A stretch of 64,000 bases of DNA from Eledone cirrhosa (taxonomy: Eukaryota): contig OZ024751.1 of NCBI GenBank assembly GCA_964016885.1, positions 9,920,001 through 9,984,000 on the forward strand, read 5' to 3'. Shown here in pieces: positions 27,091 through 47,426 of the stretch (position 1 is the stretch's first letter; each line of letters begins with the position of its first letter). The notes under the pieces were generated by a model. That model made no database searches. It was given only the letters and a program-made list of their open reading frames with translations, and had not been told where the DNA came from. The position numbers and the translations under genes are program-made.

Positions 27091-27589
27091 GTTCAGAAGA
27101 AAGAGTTGACGAAGGTGTCACTGAAGAAGTCCCGAGGCTATAGCAGGAAGGGTACACCAATGAGTCACAGGAGAATACCATGGACTACAGAAGAGACAGT
27201 CGTTCAAGGTACCGCAGAAGTTCCATGGATACAGTAGATATTTTACCAAGGTTTGCAAATGAAGACACTGGGCTTACAGCAGAGACAGTTGTCCAAGGTG
27301 TCACAGAAGGCTACACTAAAAGTTAATTACCCAAGATGCCGCAGAAAAACACCCTCGGCTACAGCAGAGATATGTGGCCGCACAGAAGGATTAAATGATG
27401 ACCGATGTGATTCTGAAACAAACATCTTAACTACAGTGGTAAGAAACATTCAGGTGAGCTAGACAGCAGAGGGTCTTCAGAGAAGAAACCTCCTCTCAAG
27501 CTAATGTTTCGGTTCTTGCTTTAATCAGTCATTAGTATTAACAACCCATGACCTAGATACTGTAATATCAAAATATTTATTTTTATCGA

Positions 27590-27810
27590 GAGAATCGCTG
27601 GACAGATTTTACGGGCAAACCAACAGGTAGGAGACCCATGGGTTAACCTCGAGCAAGATGGTTGGATAACATCATTGAGCCTGGCTGGTCATGCTTGGGG
27701 ATCTAGCCCGATTAGTTGAAGACGGTTGCTTCTGACAGAACCCGCTAGAGGGAGTGTTTGAAGACTCAGCCCCTACGACACCCTCCGGAATAAGTGGGCA
27801 AAGAAGAAGT
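27590..27810 (+). mobile_element. RTE-clade LINE 3' remnant
   Basis: Translates to KPTGRRPMG*PRARWLDNI..LGI..VASDR; homologous to 50738-50870. Confidence 0.65.
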
Positions 27811-28960
27811 ATTTTATTGAGTTACCTCCAATTCGTTTTGGCCATGCAAAGAAAGATCCAGTTTAATGTGCTTTATCTGAATGGATTCCATCTTGTTCTG
27901 TGTCCTTACATTATTGACTGATTTACCCTAAGTTCAAATTAGTTGTCAAATGTTTGGTATACTGAATCTCACAGGTATAGCGACATTGATTAAAAATCAT
28001 ACTGTTTTCATTTCATTTTTATTCGTATTTTTAGACGAGTGTAATTCTTTGTGAACCAACACAATAGCATGTTTTGTTATGTCTTGTTTTTGGTTGTTTT
28101 GTTTTGTTTTCTATGATCTGGTTTGTTTCAAATGTAGAAGTGCCATTCCACATTCTCGATTTATCATTCGGCAGAAAGATTTCAATTACATGTTAGTATC
28201 TATAGATAGATTCAAGTGAAAGCATTGCTGAACATGTTCTTATGCTGACATTTATAATCGTTTATTGAGAAGAGTATTTTTAGTTGTGATCACGCTTGTC
28301 ACATTTTGTGTCATCTCACTCTATAAAGTCAATATTCATAAGATATTATTTCAAAGAGAGTTTCTATAGTTTATTTGATCTTGCACAGTTCCCATCAGGT
28401 TGTCTGTTTCTTTCCACATCAGTGGATTCCTAACATTTTTGAGTTCACAGAACACAAGCAAAATAATATTGTCTTTGCAGCTTTGCAATACGTTTGTCTA
28501 ACATAGCTGCCAAACCAATGGACATTTTTTTCCCTATTTGAAATATGAAATAAATTAATTTATGGATATATTACATAAACGAAAATATTGCACCTGAGAC
28601 ACACCGCTTGGGAACCACTGTTTCACAAGTTACCAATTACCTATGCCAAACTCCGTTCACTTTAAGCTGAACATATTATCAGAAAATCAATTTTTAATCA
28701 TACACTAGACATAGTTATATTCTCAACATTACTGCTATTTAAGCTGCCAGTTGATGGTATTTTGTAGAGTAATAATTCTTCACTAAGTTCTTGGTAGAAG
28801 TTGAAGTACTTCTTATTCAATTTCTGCTGCACATCCTTTAATATATAACAATATTAGTCGTGTTCATCATAGTTTCCTACGATATAATGAGATATCTCGA
28901 CATATGGGGGATGAGGGCAGCCAAGTTTTCATATCAACTTCATAACAGATCTTACACATA

Positions 28961-29119
<159 letters not shown>

Positions 29120-29755
29120 TAGTGAGAATCGTATTTCGGCTATTGGAAATTAACGAAAAACAACTTCCCAGATGTGTGGCAAGCGCTCAATAAATTCTAA
29201 CGAACCAGAGCTACAGCATACGTTAAAAGGCCAAACACACTGAGACGATGGTTAAACCATTATCCGCACAGCCATAGAAACGACCAAGTAATTCGGGTCA
29301 AACAAATAAAAAATGTGATTGAAAAATTTACCCGGAACCCTGGATGGTTGGTAAAATCCAGCATTTGGGTTTCTGCAACTCTCAAATCAAGTACTGTCCG
29401 CTTAGACAAATAATGTTAAGCTTTTGGTAAGATGATTTAACAAGGAAGTCACTTTCTCAACAGGTTTTAATTCAATGCCAGGCCAAGGATTGACCGTTAC
29501 CAATACCCATGTGTGGCTCGGCAAGGGAGGCAACCCTTATTTTGGCGGAAGAATTCAGTGTGTAATATTGCAAAATTGCAAAATATCACAAAACGAATTA
29601 AGTTCTCAACAGAATTGTTTTAAAGTTAACAAAAGCTATTCATCAGTCAATAGAATCAACTAAAAAAATCAAGAAAATTAACTGGTCAATAGCTAGACTC
29701 TGGAGATTAATACAAATATAAAATACCCACGTGGGGCTCGGCAAGGGAGGCAACT

Positions 29756-29836
<81 letters not shown>

Positions 29837-29896
29837 AAAAAAGATGAAATCGAAAATGCAACTGGAGTCTTTTTTTTTTAATATATATTTATTTGG

Positions 29897-29940
29897 TTCC
29901 TTTACTGGTTTCGCAGTTCTTCTGCTTTTCAAAAGTAGAA
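29897..29940 (-). ncRNA. Hammerhead-like motif, family H (U3-A8 variant)
   Basis: Minus strand: CTT-TTGAAAA-GCAG AAGAA CTGC-GAAA-CCAG-TA-AAG; degraded homolog at 35543-35586. Confidence 0.5.
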
Positions 29941-30046
29941 TTGAGATGGAGGGTCTGTGGTTTTTCTCACATCTGGTTGACACCAGATGTGAGAAAACCC
30001 CCCAGTTGATGGATGCGAATCCGAAATATAGGGACAATTAACTCTG

Positions 30047-30208
30047 TCTCGTGTTATTATTTTTATTTTTTACGCTCTTTCCTACGTTCCTCTACACACT
30101 ATACATCTCATTCTACATTCCCTTACATCTCGTGTTATTATTTTTATTTTTACGCTCTTTCCTACGTTCCTCTACACACTATACATCTCATTCTACATTG
30201 CCTTACAT
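30047..30208. repeat. 81-bp tandem duplication
   Basis: Two near-identical adjacent units. Confidence 0.9.
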
Positions 30209-30314
30209 CTCTCTCTTCACCACCGGATCCCGTTACCCGGAGAATTACCCATCTGCATTGTTGAGGGTTCCAAAATGACCAAAAGATATTAAATCTATAT
30301 ATATATATATACAT

Positions 30315-31088
<774 letters not shown>

Positions 31089-31130
31089 ATGTATATCTAT
31101 AATGTACATATATATATATTTTGAACTCTT

Positions 31131-31162
31131 ACCTGAAGAAGGGCTTATGCCCGAAACGTCGT
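31131..31162 (+). ncRNA. Minimal hammerhead ribozyme, family G
   Basis: AC-CTGAAGA-A-GGGC TTAT GCCC-GAAA-CG-TC-GT. Confidence 0.75.
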
Positions 31163-31432
31163 CCTCCACCTACCCCCCACTCTCCTGAGCGTGAATCTAA
31201 TAAACATTTGTCGTACTGCCTCTCTGTTCTGTCCCTGTTCAATTTTTATTATACAAACACACGCTCACACGGCCTCCATCCTTGGAACACTTAACAACCG
31301 GCTCAACCCCGATCTAATCCGCCGTGACCTTTCTCCGAACTTTACACACCTTCCCACACTTTGTCTTTCCTTCCACGCATTACCTCTGTTTGATGTCTCT
31401 CCACCACTCCCCTACACACCTTTTGAACTCTT

Positions 31433-31464
31433 ACCTGAAGAAGGGCTTATGCCCGAAACGTCGT
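31433..31464 (+). ncRNA. Minimal hammerhead ribozyme, family G (second copy)
   Basis: Identical to 31131-31162. Confidence 0.75.
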
Positions 31465-31548
31465 CCTCCACCTACCCCCACTCTCCTGAGCGTGAATCTA
31501 ATAAACATTTGTCGTACTGCCTCTCTGTTCTGTCCCTGTTCAATTTTT

Positions 31549-31604
<56 letters not shown>

Positions 31605-31804
31605 ATATATATATGTATATGGTATATATGTATATATGTATATATGTATATATATATATATATATATATGTATATGGTCTTTAAAGCGAGGAAATACCAA
31701 TGAAGGCTGGAAGATCACTGATGAAGGACTAAATTTATTCATATATATATAATGTATATATATAGATATGTATATATATATAGATATGTATATATGTTAT
31801 TTTA

Positions 31805-31907
<103 letters not shown>

Positions 31908-31938
31908 ATGTGTGTGTATATATATATATATATATATA

Positions 31939-32082
<144 letters not shown>

Positions 32083-32257
32083 TCTTCTTTACACACTCTC
32101 TTATATCTCTAATTCGCTCCACGTCCTTTTCTTCTTTAAGTTTATCATATTATTATTTGTGGTATATAAATGTTGAGATTTGTAGAAATAAATCACTACC
32201 AATACTACAATTAAAATATCAAGGCCGTAGAGGTATGGCATATATCAAATCATATAT

Positions 32258-32314
32258 TTTATCTGACGAGGACGTACTGGAAAAAAAAAACACGTTCGAA
32301 ATATATATAATAAA
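32258..32314 (+). ncRNA. Hammerhead ribozyme, family E
   Basis: TTTAT-CTGACGA-GGACGT..ACGTTC-GAAA-TATATA-TA-ATAAA; ~45 nt upstream of (TA)n. Confidence 0.7.
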
Positions 32315-32517
32315 GCATATATTTTGATTATGTGAATATCTTCATTTGTTAATATTTTGAATAATATATATATATATATATATAATTCAAAACCCGATGG
32401 CTGAGAGTCTGGAACTAACTGTTGAAACGGCAGGAGCTCAGATATACTCTACTAACCCAAGTATGGAAACTCTGTTAGGTAATAATCTAACCTGTTTCAA
32501 ACTGATTCCATCCTGAT

Positions 32518-32598
<81 letters not shown>

Positions 32599-32600
32599 TA

Positions 32601-35393
32601 TATTGTTATGCTTTGGGAGGGTCATGCTGCCAATAAGAAACACACGCACCAGTTGCCTTCACTTAAATATATTATAAATTAAATTATAAATTTAGGAATT
32701 TATAAATTTCCGGTTGGTTGGTTGGTTCCACAACCAGACGATTGTTCATATATTGTCAAAGTTCTTTCGGCACACATTCTCAGACCTCTTAAGTGACTGG
32801 GGATTCTTTTCCCTCTTTCTGTGCCTCTCCTTTGTTCTGTCCTACGCCATCTTGTTTTTGTGTGTGTTGTGAGCTTAGTTTGCGCTAGTGTTACATCCGG
32901 GTGTCTGTGTGTGTTTATATTTGTTTATTTATTTGTTTATTTACATGTTACTGGTTGGTTGTTTGTTCTATGTGTGTGTGTGTTTTCATTTTGTCCTTAA
33001 TTGTAAATTGTGATGTTGCTATTCCATTCATGTTTTCTATTTAATTTTGGTTGGAGTTCATTTATGTTTATTGCCTCTGTGGTTTGTCTAAACATTGCGT
33101 CTTTTCTGTGTGTAGATTCTATTTTAATTTCTATGTTCTCTAATTTACCCTTATGTTCTATTTTAGCATGTTGGTGGAGTACTGATGAGTCTTTTCTATC
33201 TTGGAGTTCTCGCCAGTGTTCATTTATCCATTCTCATATACTACGAGCTGTCTCACCTATGTACACTTTATTCTTATCTCTACATTGTCCTTCAGTACAT
33301 CTTATGCTATATACTACATTTCTAGTTTTACAGTTAATATTGGGCTTAGTTTACAGATTATACATTTGTTATCTATACAGGGAGGTCTTTGAAAAGGGTA
33401 TGTATTGCTAATAAGTGTTTTTATGGAGGTACCTGGTCTTTCTACTATCTTAATATTGAGTTTATGTTTATCTAGGGCCCTTCTAAATTTGTAAGCTAAT
33501 TTACCTCTTGGGGTTGTATTGATGAACATTACACTCTGGTATTTATTCTATTAACTTTATTCCTAGTTCTTTCTATTCTATTCCAAAATGTGCTCCTATA
33601 CAAGGGGCAGGTCCCATTTGTATAATTATTTACCATTTTTTCCCATTTGGTTCTGGCTCCTCTATATACTCTGATTTTATTTCTCTGATTGTAACCAGAG
33701 AACTGCATACGGTGGATGAAGTGTTGTATGTGTCTCACTAGTTGTTCGGGGTTGCACATGCGGGACACGTTTCTCATCACCCGTACCAAATCCGCAATCA
33801 GTTTGTTGATTTTGGTATGGTCCGAAACGGCTGAGTTTCGGTGGATCAGATATTTGGAAGTCATGGGTTTGGCATAATGGGAATGGAGGATTTGTTTTTG
33901 TTATTAATAGTATCTAACCGGAGCTCTGTGTCTAGTACAGGTAATCGATGGTTGGGGTGTTTGCTTGGGTAGTCTATAGTAACTCTAATACTCTGGTGGA
34001 TGGAGTTAGCTATTTGCTGGATGCTTTCCATGGTGTTTTTCTCTAATTCCTGACTGTTCTCTAGTGGGGGTGTTTTTACTACGATGTTTATATCATCAAC
34101 GTAGCGGGAGTACATTATCAGGGTTAAGGGGTTGCTGTCTTCTAATTGTTCTTTAAGTTTAAGTTTAAGTCTTTTGTCCCACCATACCATGAATAAGTTA
34201 GCTATGTCACCTGCAATGCTAACACCAATGGCTGCTCCCTCCTCTTGGGCATATGTTTTTCCATTAAATTTGAACATATGTTCCTTAAGGGTTAATTTTA
34301 TACTGGCCCCCACCGCATGTGCAATCATTTTCTTCAGTTCATCGTGGTTTTCGGGTGTCCGTATGGCTCTGGTCCACCCGTTCCATCTATCTGTGTGAGT
34401 TTTCTTGGCCATTGAGGTAATGGTAGGTGGTCTGCCTCTTGCTTGTCTTGTAGGGCACAGGTTGCTAAGGTCATATGTATCTAGATAATCATTACTATAG
34501 GTAAGTTTAAGTAGGAGTCCCAGCTCACTGGTATCAATCCCACGGAACTCAACATTGCTCTCACTGATCATTTCTACGCATTTCTCCACAGCAAAATCCA
34601 CGTCAATAGATGGATACAGGGACACAACATCCATACTACCTATTATGCAGTTTGTTAGGTCCCTAGATCGGTTACTCACGCCGATTCTGCTGAGGAAGTC
34701 CTCCGTGCTGTCACATACATCTGGGGACATTTCAATGATGGGGCGTATGATCAGGGAGAGAAAGTAGGAAAGTCTGTAGTTACTAGCAATGTTAGCTCCA
34801 AAGACTCGCCGTGTTGGTGGTCCTGTGACAGGGTCACTGCTCGTTTTATGGTCTTTTCGAAGCCCATACAATGCTGGCACGTCATTGTTTCAGGCCTGGA
34901 AGTTGTTGGCAGTCCTTTTGTTGGGCTGCATTATGTTTGTACACATCATCATATGGGCATTGAGGGTTTTTTCCCTATCCTCATTCTCTTGTGGTGTTAC
35001 TTCTCTTGTGTGAGTGATGTGGGGTTGCATTGCCTGGATGTAGTTTGACAGACTGTCAACCGACATTCTGCCAGACTTGTCTGTTGGAAAGCATGCAATC
35101 TCTCCATTACGCGAGCGCTGCATGAGCTTACGCAAGCCATTTGCAGATTTCTCTCACTGAGGAGGTCACAGAATGTGTGACGAAAGAACTTTGACATTAT
35201 ATGTCTGGTTGTGGAACCAACCAACCAACCGGAAATTTATAAAGACCTAAATTTATAAATTTAATTTATAATAAATTGAAGTGAAAGCAACTGGTGCGTG
35301 TGTTTCTTATTGGCAAGATTATCCTCCCAAAGCATAACAATATCGGTTTCAACACACGTTTTCAGATAAAGAATCTTGCTAAACAAATTCAGA

Positions 35394-35397
<4 letters not shown>
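32601..35397 (-). mobile_element. PLE family A, 5'-truncated, RT plus GIY-YIG, with an inverted pseudo-LTR (35154-35397, + strand)
   Basis: LYGLRKDHK, SMDVVSLYPSI, EGAAIG, YSRYVDD, LPVLD; several frameshifts; pseudo-LTRs in opposite orientation, both ending at (TA)n; mutated HHR at 32755-32797 (-). Confidence 0.93.
35154..35195 (+). ncRNA. Hammerhead ribozyme, family A, at the inversion junction
   Basis: TCA-CTGAGGA-G-GTCACA..TGTGAC-GAAA-GAAC-TT-TGA. Confidence 0.7.
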
Positions 35398-35442
<45 letters not shown>

Positions 35443-36885
35443 AAAATGAGGGGGTTTTCTTTTAAAAGAGATACCCCACACACGGGTGAAAATATAAGGA
35501 AAAGAAATTGAAAATGCAACTGGATTCTTTTAAGAATATTTATTTATTTACCAGTTTCGCAATTCTTATGATTTTCAAAAGTAAAATTGAGATGGAGGTT
35601 AGTGTTTCTGTTGTAGTTTCTCTCATTGTTTATATTAAAGTCGATACACGTAACATGCATGAGCCACCTTAGATTTCGAGGCCCAGTTATGGCTACCATT
35701 GTAAATTGGAGTAAGCGTATCGAAATTTGACCTCTCTTGTCAGGCGCAAGGGGATATTTAGATCTGCTAGTCCATTATACAGTAGTAGCCATAAGTAAAT
35801 ATATTTAATATAAGCTAAATAAGCTCTCTTGTATTAGATTGAGCATTTTTCCTTTGCCTTATATCTACAGATAACCTGCGTGAATATATACATATATATG
35901 TGTATATATGTAAACATATATATGTGTGTGAGTGGATCTGTGTGTGTGTGCGTATGTGTACATAGATAGATATATACATAGATATATAGATAGATAGATA
36001 GATAGATAGATGGGGGAACCGCATAACGCAGTTTTAATGAAAGCAGCCATCATTTAACCTTATAATCTTAAACTAATTGAATATGTCTTTGACATTGTAC
36101 TAACGAAACATTGTTGATAAGGTAATTAACTAATTAAATATAAATGAAAATCGTTATATATTGCTGCTATTGTTTTTATTTATGCTGGTTTGACACAATC
36201 GGTAGAGCGTAGGAAACATGTTTTGCTATATTTGTTCCGGCGTTCTGAATTCAACTCTGCCCTTTCACCTTTTTATCAAAACAAAAAGTGTCAATCAAGT
36301 ACTGTGTTCGATTTAATCATAAACCGATAATAGGAATCCTATCAGGTAGCTTAATATTATCCATAAACGACATTTTATACGACTGAGTGTAAAATACATT
36401 ATTTTTCTCCTCTGTATTCACTGTTTGTCTCGTTAATTTTTATCTATAGGTTTTAAGGCAATCTATAGGTTTTAAGGTGAGAAACGATAGCCCATTAGAA
36501 TACAATATTTTTGATAGTTACTATACCACCCGAGACCCGTTGGGTTACGTTCATTTCAAAATATTATTTTTTTTAAATCAAGTTCACTTAAAAATAATTT
36601 TTAAATAATTAAAATATACACAGACATGTATATAATGTGAAATGAAACTGGAAGGCCCATATATATATGTGTGTATATATATAAATGTGTGTGTATGAGT
36701 GTGTGTATATATATGTATGTATATATGGGTGTCTGTTATCTAAATACACTGGTCATAGATACGCACAAACATATACACACACACACATATATATATATAC
36801 ACACACGCTCATATATATATATATATATATATATACACACGAAAACACCATCAGCTCTCTCTCTCATCCATTCTCCTTCTCTGTC

Positions 36886-36930
<45 letters not shown>

Positions 36931-37059
36931 TTCTTTCAATCTACTCTCCCACAACCACTATCTCTTTCTCTCTATCTTTCTCTGTCTCTCTCTGTTTATG
37001 AAGGTACCCTGAAAAAACCCATATCTCGGGAACCCGTCTTCGGATTTACGCGAAACTTG

Positions 37060-37600
37060 TTTTATTCCATTTGTATTCACATTTCAGGGGCAACTTCTTT
37101 CAAAGTTTTTTCTCATTATGTGCCATTTTGGCTGTATTACATTACAGACAAGCAGGCAAGCATTCACAGAGTTTTAGTAGTATATTGATAGAAATACTGA
37201 GTGATAGCTGCTGACAAAAACAAAGCATTTGTAGCTTCACCTTTGTACAGTTATTGACATCATTTGAACTATATTGTTGGCAACATCAGATATTTTGAGT
37301 TTTAATGGAATTCCATATAAATACAATCAATGCTCCAAGTGCTTATCACTTACCGTGTAAAATTTCTTATGAAGAAGGTTTAATTTAGGAATGTTCGTTT
37401 TAACGCACTTTGCGTTTCTATGACCCTTTCAGTTCAACAAAAGTAGAAGGAGCTTATTCATTAAATACGTAAATGTTAATACAATCTGCCATTTATTTAC
37501 GTATGAAGGTCAAACTTTTAACCCTTCAATGCCATCAGTTACCTTTCAGTTGCAGGCTTTCATCTGCTCTATTCATGCACTTCTCATTTTGCTAAGATAC
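37060..37600 (-). pseudogene. Possible highly decayed hAT/Charlie-type transposase
   Basis: Only scattered peptide resemblance (LKEVAPE, SSNDVNNC); no continuous ORF. Confidence 0.22.
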
Positions 37601-38600
37601 GCGAGGCATTATAACTATGGTGCACTGTTTGTATATGTTGTTTAGATTAGAAATGTTTAACGATATAAAGATTTTAAGGGCATTATTATCTTCTTACACT
37701 TCAGATTCTTAAGTAAATGGTTACGGTTCTAAAGGGAACAATCTTCACCATTCTAAGAGTGTTACTCTTCGGAATGTCTCTATATTTTCGAATATACGCC
37801 TGGAAAACAGCGCTTGATGTTTTTAATGATCATAAGACATATGTTCTCTTTAATCTTATATCTTATGCTTCAGTGTGTTTTTCTGAAACTTTCTAGTGTC
37901 CTTCCATTGATCTTTAAACTATCATTTAATTATAATATAGTCTTTCATACACTTTCTCATTCCCGTTATCTCTCCCACTTCAGTCCACATTCTTTATCTT
38001 TCTTCCAATTCCGCTTGTTTATTCCGACATCCTTTCGTGCTTGTTAAGTAACAATCTTATACTATACACAACCTATATATGAACAAACATAACAAAAGCC
38101 TTCATTATCATTACAAATACAAATAATCTCTAACAATCGTTCGTGGCAGCGTCACGTATATTCTCTTCTCTACTATAGCCGATTAAAAATACCCAAATCA
38201 CAGCATTCAAATTCCCTACAAATGTTGGAAATCCCACTAAAAATAGACCCAATTAGTGAAGCTCTACACGGTCGCCCCATCTGCTCACAAACTGAGCCAT
38301 GTTACCTTTCAATCATACTACACTGACTGATAAAAGGGAATGACATATAAAATAATGTAGCTCTAGCTACTACAAAATACTTTTCGCTATTTGTACAATA
38401 TATATATATATATATATACATATATACCCAGCATTTGCATGTATGTATATGTGTGTATGTATGTGTGTATGTATGTATGTGTCTATAGGTACGTATGTAT
38501 GTATATATACATCCATGTACGAATATAATGTGCTATGAATATATGGATGTATATGTATATACGTATAGATGTATGTACGTATATATATATATATATATAT

Positions 38601-39165
38601 ACGATATTAAACAAATGGAAACTATATTTATAAAACCATATTTATTTCGTTATATATATTTCAGGGATATCATATTAAAAATATGGTATGCCTTCCTCAG
38701 ACAAAATTCAATACATAAGCTGTTTTATAAATAATTTTTGACATACCTTTTAAATAATGCAACTTCCATTTAAAAAGTTGATTTGGTAGTGAAACTGTTA
38801 TGACAGTTATATAGAAAGAAAGACGAAGATGAGAAGAAGAAAATGAAGAGATGTATGTAAATAAAAAGAAGAAGGGGAAGAGATGTATGTAAAGAAAAAC
38901 AACAGAGCGAGATAGAGAGACATTACTTAAAAGGTATGTCAAAAATTATTTATAAAACAGCTTATGTATTGTATTTTGTCTGAGGAAGGCATACCATATT
39001 TTTAATATGATATCCCTGAAATATATATAACGAAATAAATATGGTTTTATAAATATAGTTTCCATTTGTTTAATATCGTAAATCTACTCCAGAAACTGTT
39101 GAGTGCTTTTATATCAGTTATAAAATATTTACTCGTTGTAACCCAACAATCTTAAATAAAACTTT

Positions 39166-39168
<3 letters not shown>
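38601..39168. mobile_element. Fold-back non-coding element carrying family F HHRs
   Basis: 38601-38752 inverted at 38927-39079; (TA)n at both ends; deleted relative at ~20640-20765. Confidence 0.8.
38974..39035 (+). ncRNA. Hammerhead ribozyme, family F (mirror copy at 38645-38706, -)
   Basis: TTTTGT-CTGAGGA-AGG..CATATT TTT AATATG..CCT-GAAA-TATATA-TA-ACGAAA. Confidence 0.75.
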
Positions 39169-39205
<37 letters not shown>

Positions 39206-39237
39206 TATATAGAGATATACAGATGTATATGTGTATG

Positions 39238-39411
<174 letters not shown>

Positions 39412-39748
39412 TGTATGTATTTATATATAGAATGCTTCTACATATATATATATATAATCACAGCTGTCAAAAATGTCAAGACAAACAACAATTGAATCAA
39501 TCTCACATAATTCTCGAAATATCTAGAAAGATGTTAGACATTTCTTTCAACACTTCCTCATCATTAATAAGATAAATTACATCTACTAGTATGTTGACAT
39601 ACATTATAATCCCCTGTATCTGTTGGGGGGTCTTCATATACCTGGAGTTCCGGTGTTTGTCTCTATGTGTTATTGGAGATACATATATACCGTCGATATA
39701 TTTATACATACATATACACACATGAGAACAATGGAACAAAGATTGATA

Positions 39749-39827
<79 letters not shown>

Positions 39828-39829
<2 letters not shown>

Positions 39830-40210
39830 CTTGGTCAGAAACTCACTCAGATGGTGGATGGGTGCTACACGAGAATGCTGAGGATGGCTCTGAACATTAA
39901 TCAGTATACACTGAGGATGAAAAACTCAGAGCTGTATGGGAGCATCCCAAAAGTCAGCTCAAAAGTGACACAGAGGAGACTGAGGTTAGCTGGACATGCT
40001 CACCGACATCCAGAGTTGACATTGCACTCAGTGCTCCTATGGGAGCCCCTACATGGACACACTAGAAGAGGAAGACCAAGGTTAACGTATGTTGATGCCC
40101 TAAGGACAGACACTGGTCTATTGGAGACGCAGGACATGGTAGCGATAATGAGGGACAGAGACCGCTGGAGAGAACTCGTCCATGGATCTCGGGAATTTTA
40201 CCCGCCTTAG

Positions 40211-40212
<2 letters not shown>
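39828..40212 (+). mobile_element. RTE/RTEX-type LINE 3' end
   Basis: DGCYTRMLRMALN..RRLRLAGH..LLWEP..RGRPRLTYVD..DRDRWR; between (TG)n and (TA)n. Confidence 0.85.
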
Positions 40213-40295
<83 letters not shown>

Positions 40296-40384
40296 ATAAT
40301 AATAAATTTGAAGACAAAAATCCAAAGAGGGCTCGATAAGGATAAATATATATCAAATATATAAGAACCGTAGAGCAAATATTT

Positions 40385-40837
40385 ATAAAAATAATAGATT
40401 AAAGTTTAAGCAAAGAATCGCTGCTTTCACCCTTAACGGGATCTTCTGAAACTAAAAATATCAATCTGTTAACGCAGAAGTAAATATTTCGAAAAACGTT
40501 GCAACCGAAGGAAGACAGGAAGACGATACTTTGGTTCGTGGAAACGTTCTCTGGCAAAGAAAAGAAACGACTTCATTTATACCATAAACGTGGTTTTGTC
40601 TTTGCGTGTAATTGTTTTCACCGCTCCTAATTATGACGTATTATCTTCGTTTCTTTACCGTTCTTTGCCAGGGAACGTTTCCACGAACCAAAGTATCGTC
40701 TTCCTGTCTACCTTCGGTTGCAACGTTTTTCGAAATATTTACTTCTGCGTTCACAGATTGATATTTTTAGTTTCAGAAGATCCCGTTAAGGGTGAAAGCA
40801 GCGATTCTTTGCTTAAACTTTAATCTGTTATTTTAAT
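40385..40837. mobile_element. Fold-back element carrying family B HHR-like motifs (40403-40453 -, 40769-40819 +)
   Basis: 40385-40560 inverted at 40660-40837; homologous to 14558-14790. Confidence 0.85.
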
Positions 40838-40852
40838 AAATATATATATATA

Positions 40853-46819
<5,967 letters not shown>

Positions 46820-47426
46820 GAGTGAGAGACTCCTAGACTCTATTAAGATACCTCTCGAAGAGAAGGTCACCCTTATATAAAACCTGCGACTTTGTTTGCA
46901 TCCAATGATGTAGACCCGTTCTACTTTTTGGGTAAATGCATTCGATGTTCAGAGATTGGGCCCATGTAAAGCCTTTCCTCACATGAAAAACCTTCAACAC
47001 AGGCATCGCTTGACATGTGACATTTTTGCGATGCATGGTATTGCTGGCCATGGGCGAGACCTTAGCTAGCCTGAAAACCCATGTCTGTGATGCTCATGCT
47101 TAAGTATCATGCGATGGCATTACTCCAAATCGATATATCGTGTATAAATATATATTTATTAAAATAACAGATATATATATAAAAAGATGAATATAAAATG
47201 AAAGTGCTTTTATAAAGGAATTTATTAGGTATTGACATATGTTTCTGTAACAGACGGAATACCTATGTATCGCTGCTTGTGTAATCATATAATGTTAGCA
47301 AGTATTCGATAGCAAATGTATAATCAGTGGTCACTTCTTCAGAGATATTGGATAAATTTGAAAAAATCGTGACGATATATTATCACTACATTATTGATAA
47401 CCTGAAATTTTTATATATATATATAT

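Larger units (their letters stand above)
31119..31552 (+). mobile_element. Partial tandem PLE pseudo-LTR / retrozyme-like unit, 302-bp period
   Basis: 31119-31252 repeated at 31421-31552; HHRs at 31131-31162 and 31433-31464; LGTL..LN remnant of a GIY-YIG C-terminus. Confidence 0.75.

Noticed and set aside
47227-47275. Additional hammerhead on the minus strand (GGTATT..GAAACATATGTC AATACC)
   Set aside because: Stems I and III fit but the CUGANGA core is missing; at best a relic
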